A stretch of DNA of 64,000 bases, from positions 1-64,000 of the forward strand of contig JAFGJV010000037.1 of assembly GCA_016928955.1 (NCBI GenBank), given 5' to 3'. Positions within the stretch are counted from its first letter, which is position 1, and every line of letters begins with the position of its first letter. Positions 49,567-57,342 of the stretch are shown here, in pieces. The translations under genes were made by a program, and so were the position numbers. The stretch is from Spirochaetales bacterium (lineage in GTDB: Bacteria; Spirochaetota; Spirochaetia; Treponematales; UBA12059). The notes beneath the pieces are model-generated. The model was not told the DNA's origin. It did no database searches and was given only the letters and a program-made list of their open reading frames with translations.

Positions 49567-50652
49567 TCAGGTCCTCCCGTAGGAAATCCTCGGATCCATA
49601 ACCGATAGAAACACGTCAAGGAACAGGTAGCTGAGGCAGTAGATGGCCAGGATCATGGCCAGGATGCCGGTAATCAGGGGCACGTCGTTCCAGCCCAAGG
49701 CCATGAACAGGGCGCTACCGAGGCCGGGCCTGGCCACGACCTTCTCCACCAGAATATCGCCCATCAGCGACGACGCGAAAGCCTGCACACCCAGCGTTGC
49801 TATTCCGGGTGCCGCCACCCTGAGGCCGTGGCTCCGGAGGACGCGGCGCTCCGGCAGGCCCCTCGCCCTGGCCGCCATGACAAAATCCTCCTGCAGGTGC
49901 GGTATGACCATGGCGCGCGTAAAGTAGGCAAAGCCCCAGGCTTTAACCAACACAAGCGTCAAGAGAGGAAGCAGGATATAGGAAAGGTAGTCCAGTGCCT
50001 GAAGGAACCAGCCATCAGGCTGTACCAGCGAGCGCAATTGTCCCATCCTGAAAACGGGCAGGACGTACACAAAGAACAGCACCATGAACGACGCCACCCA
50101 CCAGGTTGGCGTGCCGTACAACAGCATGGTCAGGTGGGTGCCGGTATGGTCCAGTAGGCTGCCCGGCTTTTTGGCCATGCGCATGCCCATGCCTATACCC
50201 ACAAGGGCGCTGACCAGGGTGCTGGACGTAAACAGCAAAAGCGTGTGCGGCAGGTAGTCGGCTATGATATCTTTCACCTGGTACGAGCGCTCGCCGTCCT
50301 TCATAACGTAAAAGCTGGATTTGCCCAGGTCCAGGCTAACGACCTGCGCGGTGCGTCTGGCTATCCTGACCAGGCTGGGCAGATGGAGACCATAGGCTCT
50401 CTTCATGGACTCTATGACTTCCTGCTTGTACGCCGCCACATCCTCGGGCGCGTCAAAGTCGCCGCGGGCCATCACGGCGCCCTGGGCGGCTTCCACAATC
50501 TGGCTCATGACGGTTTTTTCAAGCGACGCGTTTACAACGGCGGTCATGCACACAACGGCGGCGACGTAGCTGAGTACGGCCCGGAGCATGCGCCGTCCGA
50601 TGAAGGCCAGACGCCTCAACCAGGCAGGCGTCTGGTCATGATGGTGGTGCAT
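49567..50652 (-). CDS. DppB/OppB-like ABC importer permease (orphan)
   Basis: DLGKS, LPHTLLL, EAA motif EDFVMAARARGLPE, VEKV..PGLG, MDPRI. Confidence 0.85.
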   Translation of the reverse strand: MHHHHDQTPAWLRRLAFIGRRMLRAVLSYVAAVVCMTAVVNASLEKTVMSQIVEAAQGAVMARGDFDAPEDVAAYKQEVIESMKRAYGLHLPSLVRIARRTAQVVSLDLGKSSFYVMKDGERSYQVKDIIADYLPHTLLLFTSSTLVSALVGIGMGMRMAKKPGSLLDHTGTHLTMLLYGTPTWWVASFMVLFFVYVLPVFRMGQLRSLVQPDGWFLQALDYLSYILLPLLTLVLVKAWGFAYFTRAMVIPHLQEDFVMAARARGLPERRVLRSHGLRVAAPGIATLGVQAFASSLMGDILVEKVVARPGLGSALFMALGWNDVPLITGILAMILAIYCLSYLFLDVFLSVMDPRISYGRT

Positions 50653-50710
50653 GTCGCATTCTACCCGGCTGCCGTTGCGTGAGGCAAGCCGGGCTGATTC
50701 GCAGAAACGG

Positions 50711-51943
50711 TTACCGGACCCTGGCCCAGCGCAGCACTTCCCCAAAGCTCGGGCGCTTGCCGCTCATCAGGATGCCCACGCGGAAGATTTTGGCGGCGAG
50801 CACAGCCATGCCGTACACGGTGATGGCAAGCAGGCCCAGGCACAAAGCCAGCTCCCACCACGCCGGCGTTGACACCAGAAGCCGCACCAGCATGACGATG
50901 GGGCTTGTCATGGGGAAATAGGACAACGCCACCACGATGGGACTGCCTGGATTCATCACCATGGGACTGATCAGCACCAGCGGCACGATAAGGAAAACCA
51001 GGAGGGGCCAGGCAAGTTGGCCCAGATGGTGCTCGTCCTCGGCCGCCGCCCCGAGGGCGGCATAGCCGCCAGCGTACAGGAAGAAGGCCAGGACAAAGAA
51101 CAGAACCAGCCACCCGAAATTCGCCATCGATATGGACGCGGGCAGGCTGACGTTCATGGCCGGTCCTATCAGATGGATCAGGGCCGTGGCCATGCCCATC
51201 CACACCGCGTACTGCAGGAGCCCAGCCAGGCCAAGGCCAAGGATCTTACCGAACATAAGCTGGCGCGACGACACGCTGGACAGCATGACCTCTACGGTCT
51301 TGTTGGTTTTTTCCTGGACCACGGAGCGGCCTATCATCTGGCCGTACAGGAGCACGGTCATGTATATGAGCATCACAAAACCCAGGGCCGTGAAGAGTAT
51401 GCCCATGAAATCCTCGGCGCCCTTCTGTTCTTCCTCCCCGCCCGCTCCCAACTTGACCACGCTGAATTCCGGCCGCAGGTTGAGGAGAGCTGCCTGCTCC
51501 TGGGTAAGTCCGGCCTGCCCCACCCTGACACTGGTGGCCAGGCCCCCAAGGATGGCTTCCAGGCCGCTGAAAAAGGAGATCTCCGTTGCGCTGACCGAAT
51601 AGTAGCGAGCTTCTTCATCAGGCCAAGCAGCCGGCACTTCTATGAAGCCGGCGTAGTCGCCGGCCAGCACGCCTTCCTTGGCGGCGGCGGCGTCATCAAA
51701 CGACACGCTCGCGTAACCCTGGGCTTCCAGTGCCGGCGCGAGGGTCTGGGCGACCATGGGGTTCGGCGCCATCATGGCCATGGGCTTGCCGCTGTTCAGC
51801 GCGCCGGGGGTATTGGACAGGAGACCGGGCAGCACGGACACGGCCAGAATAAGGAAGGGCCCGAGCAGCGTCATGATGACAAAGGTTTTGTTGGCCGCGG
51901 TGGCGCGGAATTCGCGCCTGGCTATGGCAAGGAGTTTACGCAT
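50711..51943 (-). CDS. ABC-2 exporter permease (NatB/YhaP-like)
   Basis: IARREF, VVQEKTNKTVEVMLSS, GKILG, PMTSPIVM. Confidence 0.88.
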   Translation of the reverse strand: MRKLLAIARREFRATAANKTFVIMTLLGPFLILAVSVLPGLLSNTPGALNSGKPMAMMAPNPMVAQTLAPALEAQGYASVSFDDAAAAKEGVLAGDYAGFIEVPAAWPDEEARYYSVSATEISFFSGLEAILGGLATSVRVGQAGLTQEQAALLNLRPEFSVVKLGAGGEEEQKGAEDFMGILFTALGFVMLIYMTVLLYGQMIGRSVVQEKTNKTVEVMLSSVSSRQLMFGKILGLGLAGLLQYAVWMGMATALIHLIGPAMNVSLPASISMANFGWLVLFFVLAFFLYAGGYAALGAAAEDEHHLGQLAWPLLVFLIVPLVLISPMVMNPGSPIVVALSYFPMTSPIVMLVRLLVSTPAWWELALCLGLLAITVYGMAVLAAKIFRVGILMSGKRPSFGEVLRWARVR

Positions 51944-52865
51944 TGAGGGCCTCCCGGTCGGCGTTGTTTCCTGATCGCTCGGCTCCGACCAGGCGTATGA
52001 AGATGGAATGCAGGCTGGGCTCCAAGAGCTCGAAGCGCCTGACCTTGAGCCTCCCTGCCATATCCGTATACAACCGGTCCGCCGCGTCCTCGCCCTGGAG
52101 CTCCACTTCAACCCAACGCGGGAAGCGCCGTGTTGAACGCACATAGGGCAGGCTGTCTATGAACGACCCGTCCCCATCAAACTCAATCCGTGCGGCGTCC
52201 GTCCCAAAACGCGCCTTGACCTCAGACAAAGCCCCGGCGGCAACCTCCCTGCCGTGATCGATGAGCAGTATTCGCTCGCATATCTTTTCGGCGTGATCCA
52301 TGATATGGGTCGAGAAGAGGACCGTTTTGCCCGCCGCCTTGAGCTCGAGCATGGCTGTCAGAAGCTGGTCCTGGGACACCGGATCCAGGCCGGAAAACGG
52401 CTCGTCGAACAGGAGCACGTCCGGGTCATGCGCCACCGTGCCTATGAACTGCACCTTCTGCGCCATGCCCTTGGACAGCTCGTCTACCTTGCGTTCCCGC
52501 CAGTCCGATAGATCAAAACGCTCAAGCCATTCACCGGCCCGTTTTCTGGCGGCATGCCTGTCAGCGGCCTTGACCTCGGCCATGAAGGACAGCACATCGG
52601 CAACCTTCATTTTCTTATACAGGCCGCGTTCCTCCGGTAGGTAGCCGATACGGTTCTTGTCGTCTTCCCTCAGAGGGTGGCCGTCCAGAAGGACCGAGCC
52701 CGAATCCGGGGAGAGAATGTTCATGATCATGCGTATGGTGGTGGATTTTCCAGCGCCATTCGGGCCGATGAGGCCGAAAATTTCGCCCGGCTTGGCCTTG
52801 AAGCTGACACCATCAACGGCCTTGACCGTGTCAAAAGCCTTAACGATGCTTTGTACATCAATCAT
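51936..52865 (-). CDS. ABC-2 exporter ATP-binding protein (YhaQ-like)
   Basis: GPNGAGKST, IGYLPEERGLY, LSKGM, DEPFSGLDP. Confidence 0.93.
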   Translation of the reverse strand: MIDVQSIVKAFDTVKAVDGVSFKAKPGEIFGLIGPNGAGKSTTIRMIMNILSPDSGSVLLDGHPLREDDKNRIGYLPEERGLYKKMKVADVLSFMAEVKAADRHAARKRAGEWLERFDLSDWRERKVDELSKGMAQKVQFIGTVAHDPDVLLFDEPFSGLDPVSQDQLLTAMLELKAAGKTVLFSTHIMDHAEKICERILLIDHGREVAAGALSEVKARFGTDAARIEFDGDGSFIDSLPYVRSTRRFPRWVEVELQGEDAADRLYTDMAGRLKVRRFELLEPSLHSIFIRLVGAERSGNNADREALNA

Positions 52866-53044
52866 CAAGCACTCCCATGCGGGGAGGTCCGGCAGGTCCT
52901 TAGGCATGCTGCCTGGGGCCCCCCATGATGGCCGATCCCTCTGGTCGGCGGCCGGCCCGTATAGGCGCCAGCTTTCCTTAATATATGGAGCCTGGAAGAA
53001 GGGGGTCAATACGATAGACGACTTTATTCCACATTCAGTCCTTT

Positions 53045-53166
53045 GTGTCACGAAGCTTTGATGCGTTCAGGCATGGATGCGTCGCCGTTTCCGGGACTAA
53101 AAGCCCGGACGGCTTTCCGGTACCCCGGATGGCTCCGGACTGGACATCAAAGCTTCGACACACTGG
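53045..53166. mobile_element. MITE-like unit: repeat copies 5(-) and 6(+) around an ~80-bp hairpin-rich core
   Basis: GTGTCACGAAGCTTTGATG ... ACATCAAAGCTTCGACACAC. Confidence 0.6.
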
Positions 53167-53187
53167 TGAAAAAGCCAATAATCCGGG

Positions 53188-53322
53188 GCTCATTCAAAAG
53201 CAGGACGGCGTTTGAATGAGCTTCATATTGGGAAGCGATTTGAGGAGCGCTTGCTCACTAGGCAAGCAACCGGGAGCAAGCGCAAAGCCAATCTCAAAAG
53301 TAACAGACTTTTAAGATTGGCT
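53188..53322. repeat. Three consecutive, mutually unrelated inverted repeats
   Basis: GCTCATTCAAA/TTTGAATGAGC; GCGCTTGCTC/GAGCAAGCGC; AGCCAATCTCAAAAGT/ACTTTTAAGATTGGCT. Confidence 0.75.
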
Positions 53323-53404
53323 CGCTCTCTATCGATATATTTAGATATTGACTATATAGTGTTTTTTATATATTTTATCCCCAAGCTGATGGAGGAACGC
53401 AGAC

Positions 53405-55063
53405 ATGGAACAGAACGGAAAACGGATTCTGGTCATTGGGGGCGTGGCGGCAGGCGCCACGGCCGCGGCCCGGGCCCGCAGGCTGGACGCCTCGGCCCAG
53501 ATCACCATCGTGGAAGCCGGGCGCTACGTGTCCTTTGCCAACTGCGGTCTTCCCTATTTCGTGTCCCGTGACATAGAAAAACGCAGCGCGCTGATCCTGC
53601 AGACGCCGGAAGGCTTCAAGGCTCGTTACAACGTGGACGTTCTCCTGGATACCAGGGCCGTGTCCGTGGACCGCGCAGGCATGACCGTGCGCGTGAAGGA
53701 TGCATCCGGTGAGCGCGACCTTCCCTACGACGAGCTGATTCTGGCCCAGGGCGGTACGCCCTTCATGCCGCCCATCCAGGGTTCCGACTCCCCGCATGTG
53801 TTCCGCCTCTGGACCATCCCAGACATGGACGCCGTTCACAAATACATCAACGAGAACCAGCCAAAGAGCGCCGTCGTTGTGGGCGGCGGGTTCATCGGCC
53901 TGGAAGCCGCAGAGGCTTTCATGGCGCGTGGCCTGGCCACGACCATCGTCGAGCTGACACCCCATGTCATGCCGCCGGCCGACGCCGAGTTCGGCAGGCA
54001 GATAGCCATGAGCTTTGAGCGGGCCGGAGCCCGCGTTGTGACCGGACGCTCGGTCAAGGACGTGAAGGCCGGCGTGGCCGTCCTGGACGACGGTACCGAA
54101 GTGCCTGCCGACATCGTGCTCGTGTCCGCCGGGGTCAAACCCAACGTGGACCTGGCCAAGGCCGCCGGGCTGGAGCTTGGGGCGGCGGGAGGCGTGGTGG
54201 TCGACGAGCGCATGCGCACCTCGGATCCGCATATATGGGCAGCGGGCGACATGGTCGAGATCAAGAACCGTGTGTCCGGAAAGTCCACGCGCGTTCCGCT
54301 GGCAGGCCCGGCCAACCGCCAGGGCCGCATAGCCGCGACCAACGCCCTGGGCGGGAACCTGAGCTACGCCGGAGCCGAAGGCACCAGCGTGTTCAAGGCC
54401 GTTGAGGAGACCTTTGCCATGACGGGCCTGTCCGAAAAGGCCGCACGGTCCCTGGGCTACAAGGTCGGGACAGCCACCGTCCACCGCTACCACCACGTGA
54501 GCTACTACCCGGGCGCGGAGGAAGTGTCGCTCAAACTGGTGTACGACAAGGCCACCCGCACGGTGCTGGGTGCCCAGGCGTACGGCAAGGCAGGGGTGGA
54601 CAAGCGCATCGACGTGATAGCCACGGCCCTGGCGTCGTCCATGACCATAGACGATCTTGCCGAACTGGACCTGGCCTACGCGCCTCCCTACGGCGCGGCC
54701 AATGATCCTGTCAACATGGCTGCCTTCGCGGCCCAGAATGACCTGTCGGGCTATTCGCCGCTGGTGGAAGCGTCCGAGGCGTGGAAGCTGTTCAAGGACG
54801 GCAAGGCTGGCATCCTGGACCTGCGCACCAATGGCGACCGGCGCAAGAAGCCCGTTGACTGCACGGCGCACATCCCCTTGGACGAGCTGGACTGGCGCAT
54901 GGACGAGGTCCCCGCCGGCCCCCTCCTCCTTTTGTCGCACGCCGGCTATGAAAGCCATATAGCCCTGCGCAAATTGTCCCAGGCAGGAAGGACGGACCTG
55001 CGCAACATATCCGGCGGCGCCTTGAGTCTTGAGTTGGTTCCCGGCTTTACGCCAGGGGCATAA
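53405..55063 (+). CDS. CoA-disulfide reductase / persulfide reductase-like flavoprotein with C-terminal rhodanese domain
   Basis: GGVAAG, SFANCGLPY, GGGFIGLE, LAGPANRQG, LAYAPPY; rhodanese-like tail. Confidence 0.92.
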   Translation: MEQNGKRILVIGGVAAGATAAARARRLDASAQITIVEAGRYVSFANCGLPYFVSRDIEKRSALILQTPEGFKARYNVDVLLDTRAVSVDRAGMTVRVKDASGERDLPYDELILAQGGTPFMPPIQGSDSPHVFRLWTIPDMDAVHKYINENQPKSAVVVGGGFIGLEAAEAFMARGLATTIVELTPHVMPPADAEFGRQIAMSFERAGARVVTGRSVKDVKAGVAVLDDGTEVPADIVLVSAGVKPNVDLAKAAGLELGAAGGVVVDERMRTSDPHIWAAGDMVEIKNRVSGKSTRVPLAGPANRQGRIAATNALGGNLSYAGAEGTSVFKAVEETFAMTGLSEKAARSLGYKVGTATVHRYHHVSYYPGAEEVSLKLVYDKATRTVLGAQAYGKAGVDKRIDVIATALASSMTIDDLAELDLAYAPPYGAANDPVNMAAFAAQNDLSGYSPLVEASEAWKLFKDGKAGILDLRTNGDRRKKPVDCTAHIPLDELDWRMDEVPAGPLLLLSHAGYESHIALRKLSQAGRTDLRNISGGALSLELVPGFTPGA

Positions 55064-55146
55064 TACACGGGGACTCAGGCATACGGCGCCTGCGTCCTGC
55101 GACCACGTGGCCCGCCTAAGGTGGCGGCTATTTATGGAGGATACCT

Positions 55147-55422
55147 ATGACCGATCCCATTGAGGACCTGATCAAGGCGGGAGCCAAGATCGTGGACGTG
55201 CGCAGCCCTGAGGAATTCGAGGACGAGCACTACGAGGGCGCCATCAACATTCCGGTGAACGAGATCCAGGCCCGGACCGGCGAGCTGGGCGGCCCGAATA
55301 CGCCCTTGGTGCTGTACTGCGCCACCGGCTCGCGCTCTGCTTTTGCAGCCAGGCTCCTGTCCATGGCCGGCTACAAGACCGTGGTCAACGCAGGCGGCCT
55401 GTACGACATGCCCGGCTACTGA
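55147..55422 (+). CDS. Single-domain rhodanese
   Basis: IVDVRSPEEF..H..GAINIP, LYCATGSRS, NAGG. Confidence 0.92.
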   Translation: MTDPIEDLIKAGAKIVDVRSPEEFEDEHYEGAINIPVNEIQARTGELGGPNTPLVLYCATGSRSAFAARLLSMAGYKTVVNAGGLYDMPGY

Positions 55423-55439
55423 ACCGCGTCGCAAGCTAG

Positions 55440-55477
55440 CAAGAACGCCCCGCGCATAGCGGGGCGTTCTTGTTTTG
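55440..55477. terminator. Terminator between convergent genes
   Basis: 14-bp perfect stem CAAGAACGCCCCGC/GCGGGGCGTTCTTG + TTTT. Confidence 0.85.
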
Positions 55478-55480
55478 TCG

Positions 55481-57154
55481 TTACCCGAAGGTAGCTTCCA
55501 CCAGGGCAAGGGTATCCGCGCACAGGGCGTCGGCCTTGGCGCGGAGCTCGGCGGCCTCGGCCTTCATCGAACGCACGTAGTCCGCATCCTTGACCGACCC
55601 CAGGTTGATAAGCACGTTGAGGACGGCGCCGTGGGCCCCTGCCCGGGCCATGAGGGCGGCCACCCCTGCGTCGCTGGCGGAGTTCCGGTTGCCCGCCACG
55701 GCGTCCTTGGCCAGGGCCAGGGCATCAAGGCAGGCCCGTGCCGTATCGAGCGGCACCTGGATGGCCGTCTTGTAGCCGTCCAGCAGGGCGGCGTCGCGGG
55801 CGGCTTTGTCGGCGTCCGTTGCCTTGGGCAATTTCATGGCGTCCATCACGGCGTTGAAGGCGCTGGTGTCGTCGTCCACGGCGCGTGCCAAGGCTGCCTT
55901 GACGGCCTGGGCCTTGACGGCCAGGGCTGACATGGCCGTCCAGCTTGTCTCATAACCCTTTTTTCCCACGGTCAGGTTGGCAACCATGGCCGCCAGGGCA
56001 GCCGCCAGGGAACCGGCCAGGGCGGACACGGAACCGCCTCCGGGCGCCGGCGAGTCGCTGGACACCTCGTCGACAAAAGCGGCGCACGAAAGGTCCATGA
56101 GCGGTGACGGGCGAGAGGCCGTGTACTCGATGATCTTTTTGTCCGGTTCGAAGGCGGCCACGGAATCAAGGCCCATGGACCGTATGGCCATTTCCACCAG
56201 CTCCGGTTCCGGGGCTCCCTCCCCCTTGCCCGTTTTCTGCATGAAGTGGCGACCAGCCTGGATGATGGGCTCCAGGGGCACCAGTCCGACCACTTCCGAC
56301 CCGGTAACCAGGAGGCCGAGCTTCTCGGCTTCTTCCTTGACCGTCTCATATACCGTGTGGAGGGGAGTCTGCCGGTAATTGGTCAGGTTGATGGACACCT
56401 GGGCGCAGCGGTACGTGTCGATATACCAGCCTATGGCGCGTACATGCTTGAGGCGGCCGGGCACCATCACGTTCTTGCCGTCGGGGCCTTTGACAATGGT
56501 ACCGGATGCGTCCCTGGCAGCCTTGCCGCCCTCGCGCACGGACAGGGCCACGTCGTTGGCCAGCTTCTTGTCCCTGGTGTTCAGGTTGACATTGTACGCT
56601 ATGAGGAATTCGCGGGCGCCGACCACAGTGGCTCCCCAGGACGGGACAAAGGCCGCCGGGCCAAAATCCGGTTTCCACTCGGGCTTCTTGAGTTTCTCTG
56701 GCAGAGCCTCGTATTCGCCGGAGCGTATGTCCGCCAGGCTGCGGCGTTCCGGCCTGGACGCCGAATGCTCGTACAGGTACACGGGAGCGCCCACGGCCGC
56801 GGCTATGCGCTCGGCGGCACGCTTGGACAGGGCCACGCACTCGTCCATGCTGACGCCCGCCACCGGCACGAAGGGGCACACGTCCATGGCGCCCATGCGC
56901 GGATGGGCCCCCGAGTGCTTGGCCATGTCTAGTAGGCCCTTGGCGCAGAGCGCCGCCTTGACAGCAGCGTCAACCACGGCGGCCGGCTCGCCCACAAAGG
57001 TGTACACGGTACGGTTGGTGTCGGAACCCGGATCCACGTCCAGGAGCGTCACGCCGGGCACGGACGCTATGTCCCGGGCTATGGCGTCTATCACCGCCTT
57101 GTCCCGGCCCTCGCTGAAATTCGGCACGCATTCCACAAGTTTTCGAACAGCCAT
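55481..57154 (-). CDS. ftcD: Fused glutamate formiminotransferase / formiminotetrahydrofolate cyclodeaminase
   Basis: LVECVPNFSEGRD, HPRMGAMDVCPF, APGGGS, SDAGVA..NVLINL. Confidence 0.95.
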   Translation of the reverse strand: MAVRKLVECVPNFSEGRDKAVIDAIARDIASVPGVTLLDVDPGSDTNRTVYTFVGEPAAVVDAAVKAALCAKGLLDMAKHSGAHPRMGAMDVCPFVPVAGVSMDECVALSKRAAERIAAAVGAPVYLYEHSASRPERRSLADIRSGEYEALPEKLKKPEWKPDFGPAAFVPSWGATVVGAREFLIAYNVNLNTRDKKLANDVALSVREGGKAARDASGTIVKGPDGKNVMVPGRLKHVRAIGWYIDTYRCAQVSINLTNYRQTPLHTVYETVKEEAEKLGLLVTGSEVVGLVPLEPIIQAGRHFMQKTGKGEGAPEPELVEMAIRSMGLDSVAAFEPDKKIIEYTASRPSPLMDLSCAAFVDEVSSDSPAPGGGSVSALAGSLAAALAAMVANLTVGKKGYETSWTAMSALAVKAQAVKAALARAVDDDTSAFNAVMDAMKLPKATDADKAARDAALLDGYKTAIQVPLDTARACLDALALAKDAVAGNRNSASDAGVAALMARAGAHGAVLNVLINLGSVKDADYVRSMKAEAAELRAKADALCADTLALVEATFG

Positions 57155-57342
57155 GGCTTCCTGCCTCTCTCCTTTTATGCGGCCGATGCCCCGGACGGGC
57201 CGGACGGCCGCGGCCGGAGTATAGCACGGGGGCCTTTGCCTGGTGAACGGGAGCCACACGGTGCATGGTTGGACTTTTCCCCCGCGGTCCGCTGTGGTAA
57301 GCTGGGTTCCATGGCCGGCGCGGCGCCGGAGAAGGGACGGGC

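Noticed and set aside
66..53166. Dispersed repeat as CRISPR repeats or integron attC sites
   Set aside because: Not regularly spaced, mixed orientation, no RYYYAAC/GTTRRRY cores, and no cas or integrase gene in the window
53212..53571. 119-aa ORF across the palindrome stack
   Set aside because: Runs through the promoter and out of frame into the reductase; no coding signature
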